NCBI GenBank assembly: GCA_965235115.1
Contig: OZ249442.1
Coordinates: 19,716,001 to 19,780,000 of the forward strand
Reading direction: 5' to 3'
Origin: Laetmonice hystrix
Lineage: Eukaryota
DNA: 64,000 nucleotides
The notes below the pieces were generated by a model. That model saw nothing but the letters and a program-made list of their open reading frames with translations, did not search any database and had not been told where the DNA came from. Each line of letters starts with the position of its first letter. The first letter of the stretch is position 1. Positions 13,358 to 27,750 of this stretch are shown here, piece by piece. The translations under genes were made by a program, and so were the position numbers.

Positions 13358-15325
13358 TATACCGGCCCTACGGCCGGTATGACTGAGATACCGGGTCACA
13401 CGGCAGGTATGACAGAGATAGCGGGCCACACAGCCGGTATGACTGAGATACCGGGTCACACGGCAGGTATGATTGAGATACTGGGTCACACGGCCGGTAT
13501 GATTGAGATACTGGGTCACACGGCCGGTATGATTGAGATACCAGGTCACACGTCAGGTATGACTGAGATACCGGGTCACACGGCCGGTATGATTGAGATA
13601 CCGGGTCACACGTCAGGTATGATTGAGATACCGGGTCACACGTCAGGTATGACTGAGATACCGGGTCACACGGCCGGTATGACTAAGATACCGGGTCACA
13701 CGGCCGGTATGACTGAGATACTGGGTCACACGGTCGGTATGATTGAGATACCGGGTCACACGGCCGGTATGATTGAGATACCGGGTCACACGGCAGGTAT
13801 GATTGAGATACCGGGTCACACGGCCGGTATGACTGAGATACCGGGTCTCATGGTCGGTATGATTGAGATACCGGGTCACACGGCCGGTATGATTGAGATA
13901 CCGGGTCACACGGCCGGTATGACTGAGATACCGGGTCACACGGCCGGTATGATTGAGATACCGGGTCACACGGCAGGTATGATTGAGATACCGGGTCACA
14001 CGGCCGGTATGACTGAGATACCGGGTCTCATGGTCGGTATGATTGAGATACCGGGTCACACGGCCGGTATGATTGAGATACCGGGTCACACGGCCGGTAT
14101 GACTGAGATACTGGGTCACACGGTCGGTATGATTGAGATACCGGGTCACACGGCCGGTATGACTGAGATACCGGGTCACACGGCCGGTATGACTGAGATA
14201 CCGGGTCACACGGCCGGTATGACTGAGATACCGGGTCACACGGCCGGTATGATTGAGATACCGGGTCACACGGCCGGTATGATTGAGATACCGGGTCACA
14301 CGGCCGGTATGACTGAGATACTGGGTCACACGGTCGGTATGATTGAGATACCGGGTCACACGACAGGTATGATTGAGATACCGGGTCACACGACAGGTAT
14401 GATTGAGATACCGGCTCACACGGCCGGTATGATTGAGATACCGGGTCACACGGCCGGTATGATTGAGTTGCCGGGTCACACGGCCGGTATGATTGAGATA
14501 CCGGGTCACACGTCAGGTATGATTGAGATACCGGGTCACACGTCAGGTATGACTGAGATACCGGGTCACACGGCCGGTATGACTGAAATACCGGGTCACA
14601 CGGCCGGTATGACTGAGATACTGGGTCACACGGCAGGTATGACTGAGATACTGGGTCACACGGCAGGTATGACTGAGATACTGGGTCACACGGTCGGTAT
14701 GACTGAAATACCGGGTCACACGGCCGGTATGACTGAGATACCGGGTCACACGGCCGGTATGACTGAGATACCGGGTCACACGGCCGGTATGACTGAGATA
14801 CCGGCTCACACGGCCGGTATGACTGAGATACTGGGTCAAACGGCCGGTATGACTGAGATACCGGGTCATACGGTCGGTATGACTGAGATACCGGGTCACA
14901 CGGCCGGTATGACTGAGATACTGGGTCACACGGTCGGTATGATTGAGATACCGGGTCACACGGCCGGTATGATTGAGATACCGGGTCACACGGCCGGTAT
15001 GATTGAGATACCGGGTCACATGGCAGGTATGACTGAGATACCGGGTCACACGGTCGGTATGATTGAGATACCGGGTCACACGGCCGGTATGATTGAGATA
15101 CCGGGTCACACGGCAGGTATGATTGAGATACCGGGTCACACGGCCGGTATGATTGAGATACCGGGTCACATGGCAGGTATGACTGAGATACCGGGTCACA
15201 CGGTCGGTATGATTGAGATACCGGGTCACACGGCCGGTATGATTGAGATACCGGGTCACACGGCCGGTATGACTGAGATACCGGGTCACACGGCTGGTAT
15301 GATTGAGATACCGGGTTACACGGCC
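13358..15325. repeat. 30-bp minisatellite GGTATGAYTGAGATACCGGGTCACACGGCC, about 65 copies
   Basis: Strict 30-bp register across the array. Confidence 0.99.
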
Positions 15326-17180
15326 GGGACTCGCCCACCCATCACTGTAACAGGGGACTCGCTCATCCATCACTGTAACAGGGGACTCGCCCACCAGTCA
15401 CTGTAACAGGGGACTCGTCCACCAATCACTGTAACAGGGGACTCGCCCACCCATCACTGTAACAGGGGACTCACCCACCCATCACTGTAACAGGGGACTC
15501 GCCCACCCATCACTGTAACAGGGGACTCGCCCACCCATCACTGTAACAGGGGACTCACCCACCCATCACGGTAACAGGGGACTCGCCCACCCATCACTGT
15601 AACAGGGGACTCGCCCACCCATCACTGTAACAGGGGACTCGCCCACCTATCACTGTAACAGGGGACTCGCCCACCCATCACTGTAACAGGGGACTCACCC
15701 ACCCATCATGGTAACAGGGGACTCACCCACCCATCACTGTAACAGGGGACTCACCCACCCATCATGGTAACAGGGGACTCGCCCACCCATCACTGTAACA
15801 GGGGACTCGCCCACCCATCACTGTAACAGGGGAATCGCCCACCCATCATGGTAACAGGGGACTCGGCCACCCATCACTGTAACCCATCACTGTAACAGGG
15901 GACGTGCCCATCCATCACTGTAACAGGGGACCCACCCACCCGTCACTGTAACAGGGGACTCATCCACCCATCACTGTAACAGGGGACTCACCCACCCATC
16001 ACTGTAACAGGGGACTCGCCCACCCATCACTGTAACAGGGGACTCGCCCACCCATCACTGTAACAGGGGACTCACCCACCCATCATGGTAACAGGGGACT
16101 CACCCACCCATCACTGTAACCGGGAACTCGCCCACCCATCACTGTAACAGGGGACTCGCCCACCCATCACTGTAACAGGGGACTCGCCCACCCATCACTG
16201 TAACAGGGGACTCGCCCACCCATCACTGTAACAGGGGACTCGCCCACCCATCACTGTAACAGGGGACTCGCCCACCCATCACTGTAACAGGGGACTCACC
16301 CACCCATCATGGTAACAGGGGACTCACCCACCCATCACTGTAACCGGGAACTCGCCCACCCATCACTGTAACAGGGGACTCACCCACCCATCACTGTAAC
16401 AGGGGACTCACCCACCCGTCACTGTAACAGGGGACTCATCCACCCATCACTGTAACAGGGGACTCACCCACCCATCACTGTAACAGGGGACTCACCCACC
16501 CGTCACTGTAACAGGGGACTCATCCACCCATCACTGTAACAGGGGACTCACCCACCCATCACTGTAACAGGGGACTCACCCACCCATCACTGTAACAGGG
16601 GACTCGCCCACCCATCACTGTAACAGGGGACTCGCCCACCCATCACTGTAACAGGGGACTCACCCACCCGTCACTGTAACAGGGGACTCGCCCACCCATC
16701 ACTGTAACAGGGGACTCACCCACCCGTCACTGTAACCGGGGACTCGCCCACCCATCACTGTAACAGGGGACTCACCCACCCATCACTGTAACAGGGGACT
16801 CGCCCACCCATCACTGTAACAGGGGACTCACCCATCCGTCACTGTAACAGGGGACTCGCCCACCCATCACTGTAACAGGGGACTCACCCACCCATCACTG
16901 TAACAGGGGACTCGCCCACCCATCACTGTAACAGGGGACTCGCCCATCCATCACTGTAACAGGGGACTCGCCCACCCATCACTGTAACAGGGGACTTGCC
17001 CACCTATCACTGTAACCGGGGACTCGCCCACCCATCACGGTAACAGGGGACTCGCCCACCCATCACTGTAACAGGGGACTCGCCCACCCATCACTGTAAC
17101 CGGGGACTCGCCCACCCATCACTGTAACCGGGGACTCACCCACCCGTCACTGTAACCGGGAACTCGCCCACCCGTCACGG
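15326..17180. repeat. 28-bp minisatellite GGGGACTCRCCCACCCATCACTGTAACA, about 66 copies
   Basis: 28-bp period; begins immediately after the 30-bp array. Confidence 0.99.
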
Positions 17181-20059
17181 TAGTAGGGGCCTCATCCAAC
17201 CAATCTCGCGGTAACCCAAGTCTTACACAACCTGTGAATCAGAGAAACCGCAGAGACTGCACCCAACCGTCCCAGTGTAAGTGTTGGATGGAGAGTGGGA
17301 GAGTGACTTCCAGGTAACATTCCTATACAAAATTGAGGATAAGGATATAGAGGTAGAGGCAGTGGTAGGTCTAAGTTTCTCTGGGAGGTCTGGGGACCGG
17401 CAATAGGTGTTAGAATAAAGTTAGATCATTAGTTCTTACCACCGACCCTCGTGAGAATGTTACCATGGTGATGAACGAGTTGGATGGCAGCATTCCGAGG
17501 CGATCACCCGTCTTCTCCCACCGTGGTCAGGATGTTCGCTGTGTGGGGTTACGCCGTCAATGTGCGATACCGGGGGTATAGGTGGGTCCCCAGGGCGTGG
17601 CGGGACCCAGCCTCCCCCTGGGCCACCTCCCGACTACCTGCCGCTACCCCTCACCCCTACCGCCCCTATACAAGACACACCTACGCCCGGTATGTAGACT
17701 CGTCGATCTCCTGCTGTGGATCCACAGCTATTTGTTGAGATCACTTCCTCTATGTGATAGCTTTTATACACTGCTTCATCTAATAGACCAAACATGCCTG
17801 ATTATGTGCATGGAGTACCATGCATGGACACTTCGTCAGCATGCCGTCCCCTATACCATAATCTGGACTTAACAGTTCACTTTTTTCATTCAGATACGCC
17901 AAAATGATGTACTGTTGTAGGATCGAGAACTTCTTCAACTTGTAAAAGCCCAATATACTCGCTGTGTGCCCTTTAAAACATGCACCTTTATATTATGTAG
18001 GCTTCTAATTAACTTCATTTAATATATAGTCTTCACTTTACAGTTTTCTATACATGTATATACAAAAGACAATTAGCTCAATACTAGTATGCATAGAGTA
18101 CTTCAGTAGTTAAGATATCACACATTTTAACAAAGTATAGTCCAACGTAGACATTCCATGTCGAAGTACTGATTGCAACCTGAGTATGCCGAGTCGGAAT
18201 CACTCGTAGTTACGAGGCAGTTTAAACAATTTTTGAAATCAATCATCTATTATATTTACATTTTAACGTTGACGAGCGGGTTTTGTTTATTTATCACAGA
18301 GTCTCCATTTAATCAATAGCGGGGTGTATGTCACTGTGTGTACGGACAGTGCGGTCTACGTGTTTGACTGGCGTCCTCGGCCTCAGCTACAAGCGCCGGT
18401 ACACTGAGCCTTCCAGGCAGCGATAAATCATTGAGCTGCTCAGGGCGCTACGTGTCAAAACCCGGTCCATATAATACCCCACTAAATCTTTCCCTATCCC
18501 ATTAGCCTAATGCACCGTTATGAAAAAGATTGGGTCCGTTTCGGAATGGATCCGCTTGGCGCTCCCCGCTCCTAGATCCTGGCCAGGCGTTCTCCGGCCT
18601 TGATCCACGTCCCGACGCCGACGTCCGCGCCCTCTAGCGGACGCTATTGACAACCTGACCCGTCACTACTGAGGGTGTTCTCCTGCACGTGGCCTGGTGT
18701 AAATCCTACCCCTAACTGTGCCCGCTTTATCCCCCATTTCAAGGTGATGAAATTGAACCTATCATATATTTTCTTATCGACTACAGCTGGACATCTGTGT
18801 TGAATACGGCAGGGTGTGGGTTGGCTGAAATCGACGCTAGCCGGGGCGAGCCGACCCGACATCGCTCACGGTGTCCGCGCCGCGTGTTGGACAACGCGCG
18901 CGTCTGTCGCGACAAGTGATCGTCTGCTTGGCCGAGCGTCGGTGTCGGGCGGGCAGACGACAACACACCCTCTGTGGATGGAGCGGCTCCGACATAGATG
19001 TCGACATAGGCGGCAACAAGTTAATCTGGTACCGTGACCCCCCGTCCTTCTCTATTGATCCCTACCGAGCGCGCCCGGCACGGCCGAGTTAAGCACTCGG
19101 GGAATACGGCCATCTGAGCCTCGGCCTGCTCGGAATGTGAATAGGGCCAGACTTCATCACCGCCGCGCTCCCTAAATTATGCAATTGATTACAGTCCTTT
19201 ATTCCATCACCTATTATATTAAAACGGCCGATCGGATAGATGGGTGCTGAATGCAAATGACTCGACGGCCGTTTTGACACTTTATTGATGGGCACGCGCG
19301 GCGTATTATTAAAATAAATTTGTAAACTTATTTAGTGGCGAGATGGGGAGAGTTGATTACAGCGAGCGGGAAAGCTCCTTGCGCGCTCCGATAAGCCTCT
19401 AATACATCTACGGCAAATATCTTTCTAATTTCCTCCCTGCGATTGAAGGAAGGGTGGCGGGCGACGTTAACAAACAGGCCCGGTATCTGCGGCCCGGCCT
19501 GCAGCTGCTGCCACCACCCCCGACCAACTAATCACACGTTGTCGACCTGCAGATAATCTCGCGCCTCGGTCACGTGACACGGGCTATTGTTCTCGCCCGA
19601 GAACGGAACTGCAGGGCAAGGCGAGGACCTCAAAAGAGGTCCTTAGCGACCGCCCGTCGTTGGGATAATGCCCCGTGCCATGAGGGGAAGAGTACTTCTC
19701 CAGGAGCTCCAAGGCCCTACATCGATCGCTGAACTATGGGAGGCATTGACAGTCACCAATTTATCCCGAAATTAGTTGCGAAGTTTGCCATTCAGGCAGG
19801 ATATTCAGAATCGAAGTCCCCAACGTTCCACTGTAATGGTTTGGCCTTTATACTGCCGGGGTAAAACATTATGTGTGAGCAGAAAGGGCTCTTATACAAG
19901 AGTACCATGGATAATATCCTTAAACAGGGGCAATACGGGGATGGTATTCATAAAGGAGGACCGATAAAGGGGGATCCCGATATTGTAGGCCCTATACAAG
20001 GAACATCGAGTTCTCAGACAGGGGACCAGTATAAATGGGGTTCAAGGTACTATTAGTGT

Positions 20060-20140
20060 AAGACTCTCAGTCTCTCAGTCTGTCTCTCTATCTCTCTCTC
20101 TGCCTCTCCCTCTCTCTGTCTTTCTCTATAATATTTTTCT
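20060..20140. repeat. CT-rich microsatellite
   Basis: Imperfect (CT)n run. Confidence 0.8.
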
Positions 20141-23100
20141 CTCCATTTTTCGTCCTCCCTCGTTCTGTCTCCAAGTAATGGCGGGGGAGAACATTCTGAG
20201 ATTCTCAATATGAGACCCGGCTCGCGGTGTAGTCTGCTACAAGCTGTTTGCGCTATGAAGTTCATGTACTGGGTCCGTCCCATATGTATATCAGCGCCTC
20301 AAGTTGTTTTCTTGGCGGAGAGTCGGTGTATAGCCTATACATGACTCGTGCATGTTCATATCAAGAGCCTGTCTAGCCTGTCTAGTCCTGGACCTATAGG
20401 CTACTGTACTCTTAATATAGACTATATGAGACACGATAAAAGATTTATATCCATAGTGATAAGAAAAATATTGATATTCCTGTTTGTGCCCTCGGCTACC
20501 CCTCGGGCATAATATCGCGGCATATAACACCACCTCGATCTCGCGCCGTCAGTGTAATATCCGATCGTTATGACAAAGGGAAAGTTTTAGGTTCAAATGT
20601 AGAAACAATAGGGATGATTTGTTGAAGTGTATAGATTGTTGAATTATACCTGTATATACTTGGTAATACCACACCCCCGTTCATACCCTATACCTCCCTC
20701 CCCTGATCCGCTGCCCCCTCCCCGGCTCGGGTCCGGCAACCCCCCCCCCCCCCCACCCACCCTTGGAGCCGGATCGATTCAATCACTTACGTCCACCTAA
20801 TATGTTGGACGGTTGGCCGCGGCCCGGCGTCTGCGGCCCAGGCATTACAGGGGGGTCGGGCATAACGGTCAAGATGGGGTCTGACGACGAGCCATGACCA
20901 CTCAGGACGAGGCGATATGGTGTCGGGCGTAATGTGGTTTCCATGTCGGTCATTGTTGCGGCGTGATGGGCGGCGCGGAGTGGCCCCGGCCTCCGGTCCG
21001 AGTGGCGGCCGACAGCGGCCCACCGCCCGCCCTGTCCGACACTTGCTCAACATGTTGCCCACTACTACTGACACTGGCTCTACAGGGCCCCCACCTTGTA
21101 ATGCAAGGGCGCCAGGCCACGTGCTCGGCAGCTTCCGATTCGGGATCACCCCCACGCCGACGGAGAGTCGAGGCAAATACCACCCGCCTTCAGCCAGTTC
21201 ATTAGCACAGAAAACCTGCTCGCTGGCGTTTTGTGGTTATAGCCGGGCGTCTGCGAAAGGATCCGCGTCCGTGTGACCTGCTTCGACCCCCTGCCAAGCG
21301 ACGCGTGCTTCCCAGCGGGCGACTTCGGAACATTATTTCGCTTATAGTGTGAAACCGGCGAAGTCGATGTTACCGGTTCCCTGTCTATGCCCCGGCAGGT
21401 ACCCGGATAATTACTGGTCACGTGACCCCCAATTATACGCGCCTGGTCGTTGCCGGCGGCGGTAGGGACCGGTAGGTGTCGCCAGGGGGCCGGGCCGCTT
21501 GGTGCGCGACCACTGACAGGAGGCCACGACTGGTGGCGGGCGACGTCTTCGCCTCGCTTCCTCGGCGACGCCCAGACCCGAGTCGTCGCCCACTGCCATA
21601 ACACGCTCTGCACCCACTCGCCGCGCCCCGGCGCCCCGAGAAAAGCACATAATGAGTCACCTTCCGGGAAATGGACCCCTGGGATTTCGGTGAACCTTCC
21701 CGAGAACGAGGCGACAAGCGTGGACCTCAGAGAGTAGGCCCCCATGCCAGGCAAACGTTCATGACGATATACGTGTACCACTTGGTATCACTGGCAGCAC
21801 AATTTTTTACGTCCGGGTTTGGGACTACCCAACTGGACTGAGGATGACCAGCCGGGACGGGGACTGGGCCTTGTAGACTTTCCCACGCCATTATTAATCT
21901 TTTTGTTAGATATTCTCTGATATATGATATCTGCCCATTTTACGTTCTCATGGCAGATTGACATGACCACGAATCCCAAGGGCTCTGTGATAGCATGTTT
22001 GTATTATCATTGTGTATCAATGCTGTAGCCTTGCCTCTCTGAGCCCGAATGATTGGTTACACAGACAAAACAAGCCGCAGCCGGATCCACCCACGTCAGG
22101 CCCGTCACGATGACGTATATTGACGTACCGACGTAACGTCCTCGTGCCGTTTAGAACGCTCCCTCCGACCTGATCCCTCACAAATCACAACCCTCCGCCT
22201 CAACCGACAAGACGCGGTGTTTGGTTAAGTCACGTGACTCGGCGAGAGGTGACGCGAGAACAATGCGAGGCCCGGATGATGATGACGATGACGATGATGA
22301 ATCCGACATTATAGGTGATAACGTCAGTGATGGGCGGGGGGCCATGTTTGGGGGCCCCACTATCGTCCCACACCACGCTCACCCACACCACACCCACTGG
22401 ATAACGCCCCCTAGTGGCCAATTATTACTGTTTGCAACATTTTATTGCGTGTGCCATACGATAAGTTGTCGAAGTCGTGCATGGCGCGTGTGTGCGTGCT
22501 TGCATGAGGCGCCGATCGGTCCCCACACGAGCAAACCGTGTCGGGAGGGGTGCGAGTCGGGTCAGACGACGGCTGACTATAATTGTCCACTCATCAAGTT
22601 TCTTGATAACCCCAGAGGTCGTAGAATGAATGTGAGTGACACAGACGACCGACATGCAGTGGGCAGCACGTGCATGGTTCACAACAGACGCAGTTCAGTT
22701 CGCACGTTTACAATCCAGTCGATAAGGCAATGAAAAGCATGAAACCGATCTCTAAACGCAAATTAATAGAGATTCCCCTCATGTATTCCTGACAGTTGTA
22801 TACCAGGGCCCTTATTACTATGGGCTCCGTGTCAGCACTATTCAGGCCTAACTATTAACCTATTAAGTATTAGTCTAACAACATAAGACCGACGTTCAGC
22901 ATGAAGCCACACAGTGTGTCCTACATTGCTCCCAAACTACCAACTCCATATACTACTTGGGGAGTACCAACATGTGTATTTTATAACCTTTGTATCAGGA
23001 CTATTTTCACCAGGAACTCAGAATTATTTTTAACAAGATTCGGACCAGATGGTTTGATATATTATCTTTCAATTGGTACCGGATTTGTTTCGTAGAAATA

Positions 23101-23929
23101 TTCCCATATTGAAGGTCTAGGAAACTTTAAATGATCGATGGGAAGTTTACACACAAGGTCATATCTTCTCTTAGGGCCTTAAGATCCCGCTGTGTTAGGT
23201 GAAGGTAAGACCACTTTGATTTGAGGCCGTTTTTATTTATTATTGATCCATGTCACTCCGGTTTTAATTGACCTCTTTCCTTCCCCTCATTTCCATGATC
23301 TCAGAATGCATTGGCCGTCCTCACCCTCGACACGATGGACATAAAACTTCTGCCGCCAGGTGGCGAAGCTGGCGTTCGAGAGAAGCGTTTTATTGACCTG
23401 CTGCTATTAATACGAACTGGTTCCTGGACCGGATTAAAGCGGGGTCTGACTCCGCCAGCATATGGACAGGATAATCTCCCTCAAGCCCGCTTTGATCACC
23501 TTTCGATTATCACTCAAATTGTTGGCAGTGGGGTTACTTGGAGACAGCCCCTCGACGCCTCCCTAATGGGACGGTCGTTAAATTATCGTTTCAGGCCCTG
23601 CGGTAGGTTTGGGTTGGGGTGACGTGAGATTTGGATGAGGAATATTGGTCCTAGGCCAAACATAACAGTACATTATACTGAGAATACATGCTCACTGTAC
23701 ATCTATAGTATACATGCTCAGGTGTTACTATGAGTTGACAAAAACAACTGGGCGAACCCCATGTAACACCCCCGTTTACTACCCTCCGTGTATGAACAAG
23801 TCTTCTGTAATTAACCCCCTTTTTGTAGGTCTTTCTCGTTAGTCCCCTGTTGTATCCCCCTGTACGTCAGTCCCATGTCAGCCCCTGTTGATATCTGAGC
23901 TGTTGGCGGTATGTTGTAGGTGAATGTCC

Positions 23930-24605
23930 TGCTGGCTATGCCATATTGTAGGTCGGCTGCTGGTAATGCCCTGTTGTAGGTCGACTGCTGGTAATGCCCT
24001 GTTGTAGGTCGGCTGCTGGTAATGCCCTGTTGTAGGTCGGCTGCTGGTAATGACCTGTTGTAGGTCGGCTGCTGGTAATGCCCTGTTGTAGGTCGGCTGC
24101 TGGTAATGCCCTGTTGTAGGTCGGCTGCTGGTAATGACCTGTTGTAGGTCGACTGCTGGTAATGACCTGTTGTAGGTCGGCTGCTGGTAATGACCTGTTG
24201 TAGGTCGACTGCTGGTAATGCCCTGTTGTAGGTCGGCTGCTGGTAATGCCCTGTTGTAGGTCGGCTGCTGGTAATGACCTGTTGTAGGTCGACTGCTGGT
24301 AATGCCCTGTTGTAGGTGGCCTGCTGTTGATGCTGTGTTGAAGGTGCTGTGCTGGTAATGCCCTGTTGTAGGTTGGCTGCTAGTAATGCCCTGTTGTAGG
24401 TCGGCGGCTGGTAATGCCCTGTTGTAGGTCGACTGTTGGTAATACTCTGTTGTAGGTGGCCTGCTGTTGATGCTGTGTTGTAGTTGCTGTGCTGGTAATG
24501 CCCTGTTGTAGGTCGGCTGCTCGTAATGCCCTATTGTAGGTCGGCGTCTGCTGATCCTCTGCTCTAGAACTACTGCTGAGAATGCCCTGTTGTAGGTCGC
24601 CTGTT
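23930..24605. repeat. 28-bp minisatellite TGTTGTAGGTCGGCTGCTGGTAATGCCC, about 24 copies
   Basis: 28-bp period, with two longer variant units. Confidence 0.97.
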
Positions 24606-25440
24606 GGTTTTGTAGCGACACAGGTTCACTTCCGGTTCAGAGAGCTGAGCGATCACGTCCGGTTCAGGGACCTGCGCGCGTCCACCCGTGACGTAGGGTC
24701 GTGTCGTCGGTGTGTGAGGTCGGCTCTGACCCGCCGCCTGGCGGCCGAAGAACTCTCCACACCCATTCACTGACGCCATATTAGTGCATTTGTTTATTTG
24801 ATCTGCGGGTCACGCGGGTCAGCGCGTGGAATCATGGGGCGGCCGTCGGGTGAGAGCTGTCCGGTCGTATTGACCGTACCCGGAGTGGAGCGGACATCAG
24901 ACGGCCGGCCGGCCTCGAGCCCACCGGCTCCTGTGACCCGAGAGCCGGGGTGCGTTTCGCCGTCGTCTGCTCGGAGCCTGGCCTCTAATTGTGCACGCAG
25001 GCGTCTTAAATCGTGCCTTCCATTATAAGTGCCTTAGAGTGAATACATGTGCCGTGAAGTGCAAGGCATGCCTCTTAATTACAAATCTGTCGATAGGAAT
25101 CCGTATAGGTTCTCACTCCCCTCCTCTGTGACGGTTCTCTCTGTCTCGACGACACTTTACCCCTGCCTCAGTCTCCAGTTTCTTTTTTTCCCTTCCCTCT
25201 TTTTCCAATTTCTTTTATTGTCTTATTCATAATCTTCTTTGTTTCGCTCTGTATTTTTCCTCTCATCCATTCATTGTTTCTCTTTCTGTCCCTGCCTCCC
25301 TCTGACTGACTAAAACATCTCGCCGGCGGGACACTTGGATGTCCCGATTGTGTTCATTTCTGTAGTGAATCAATAAAGCCATGTTTGATTGTTACTGAAG
25401 CACCGCTCTACGTAATTCTCTCTTCGGTTTGTTTCTCGGA

Positions 25441-25733
25441 ATGGTGTCAGAACATTTTGTCTGTCAGAAAATGGTGTCGGTACATTTTATCTGCCAGAAA
25501 ATGGTGTCGGTACATTTTATCTGTCAGAAAATGGTGTCGGTACATTTTATCTGTCAGAAAATGATGTCGGTACATTTTATCTGTCAGAAAATGGTGTCGG
25601 TACATTTTATCTGTCAGAAAATGATGTCGGTACATTTTATCTGTCAGAAAATGGTGTCGGTACATTTTATCTGCCAGAAAATGGTGTCGGTACATTTTAT
25701 CTGCCAGAAAATGATGTCGGTACATTTTATCTG
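25441..25733. repeat. 30-bp minisatellite ATGGTGTCGGTACATTTTATCTGTCAGAAA, about 10 copies
   Basis: Exact 30-bp register. Confidence 0.98.
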
Positions 25734-27566
25734 AGAGAGAATTACCGACTGGACAAGGTTTACCAGTGTAACTACATACGGTCACCGGGTCGTCCGTAAG
25801 CTCCCCCCAAGGCTCTTCTATACTCTCTCTAGATATATACCAGGGGTTGTACGGGGGTGTGTATGTCTGCATGTGTACACACCTCAGGGTATCAACCAAC
25901 TTAGGTCGTAGGCCTAACAGGATTCTCTCGAGAGATTTCAAGCTGAATTAAACGATACTTCATTTGGTGAAGTCTTTAGAGCACCTGGGCAGTTGTGTCT
26001 TTGTGTGCCAACAGCCTCCCCCTGCACTGTAAACATATGTTTTGGTGCTCTTTCATCGTCTTAAAGCAACCGTTTTAAATTTTCCACCGGGCCTGCACAG
26101 TCCAAACAGGGTTTAGTCCCAGATATAGCTCGGTAATTGCCACGCTGCCATTGATGGAGCGACCGAAAGGATACAATCCCAAATATTGTGGCAGCGCCCC
26201 AGGCGGGACTTTAGCGAACTCCCTGGATAAACGCCCGCTCCCCCGCACAGAATACCACGGCGACAGTAGGCACCCGAGCCACAAGACGATTCGTCCTCTC
26301 ACGCCATTAAAAAAAATGTCAAAATAAATACAACCTGAATGTGGGAGGAGTAGGTTGGAACATTAGTCATTTATTTTTGTTTTCTTTATTATTTGGCCGC
26401 CGATCTTGGAGTGTTTGCCGATGAGAAATTGGAGCGCATTCCGGCAATCGTTGCCATGCAGACTCTCGCTGTCAGTGTCCCTGAGAGAGCTGTCATATAA
26501 TAGGGATTAGGAGACCATTGTCCCGGTCCGTTTTTGGGGAGCGGGGTTCACTGTTTACCACCCCTCGTACCCCGGGGCTATGAAGACGAGCGCCGAGAAC
26601 CCATGTTCCAACAGCTCCGACACGGTCAACATTGTAAGTCACAATGTTCACGTGGGACCGAAAATGTCGGTGTGCGTGTAGGGAAGGGTAGACAAGTTGG
26701 CCGACATGACATGAGGTATAGGGCCGGGGTTTCGGTGTGTTGTGCCGTGTGGTGTCTATACCAGTCTACACCAGGCCTCCGGACACCTCAAACTAATGGA
26801 AGACAGTAGTGACACTTGACGTAACACATTGTCCCTATATACCCACACCTGGCGACTTAACACTCATATAATCTCCCATCTCCGGCTCTTTACGGAACGG
26901 AAGGGGTGGGGGTGGAGCAGGGGGGTGTTGGGATGGGATGGGGGTGATTTCACGGTCCTTGAATGTATATGTGGGGTAAATGAACGCAGTTCGGCGTAAT
27001 CATACCAAGCGAACCGACCGTGACCTCTAAATGATGATTGCCGATCCGTCTCCTGTCAATCCACGCTGTAAGAGCATTAGGATCGCGTCTTGCCTGACGT
27101 GTGGTGAAACCTCTATTCATATACCCTCCTATAGTAGAGTGTTTTCTGATCGCTTTAACCGAATTCGTGAACAGTTGTGAAGATTGGGGTTTTCTATATG
27201 GAGTAGAGTGGGAGTGGGCGGTAAGACCCTGTACCCCATATAGGGTTTTATCCAGTGCAGCGAGCATACTGGATCACTGCTCTGCGCAGGGCGAACTCAC
27301 GTCCGTGCTTTCCAATTTCCCGGGACATGGACGCTGGCAAATTGTTGACGCAAAACCCCGCCGAGCGATCGGTGAAAGATAATCTATTGACACAGCGGGA
27401 AATATGAGCGACAATTAACGCTGCTAAATTAATTCTCCGTTCGCGACACTTATTTAAATGAAATTGATTTTTTTGTGCTTTTTGGGTCCTTAATCAGCGC
27501 AGCCTTTTGTTTTTGGGATGGTCGTTCGGTCGGACGTAATACCATAAGTAGATAACAGAAGGCAGA

Positions 27567-27750
27567 GTCGTCTGCTGCGACGTCAGAGAATGGAAAGAAA
27601 TGCCGTCTGCTGTGACGTCAGAGAATGGAAAGAAATGCCGTCTGCTGCGACGTCCGAGAATGGAAAGAAATGTCGTCTGCTGTGACGTCAGAGAATGGAG
27701 GGAAATGTCGTCTGCTGTGACGTCAGAGAATGGAGGGAAATGTCGTCCGC
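27567..27750. repeat. 35-bp tandem repeat GTCGTCTGCTGTGACGTCAGAGAATGGARRGAAAT, 5 copies plus a partial
   Basis: 35-bp period. Confidence 0.95.

Noticed and set aside
13307-15406. 699-aa ORF of GMIEIPGHTA decapeptide repeats
   Set aside because: It lies entirely on a 30-bp minisatellite. Overlapping minus-strand frames are also open for hundreds of codons, and there is no unique domain or splice support, so openness is explained by the repeat unit.
22221-22733. ORF with a poly-Asp tract resembling an Irx acidic region (possible second paralogue)
   Set aside because: The tract comes from a (GAT/GAC)n microsatellite; there is no homeodomain or IRO box nearby.
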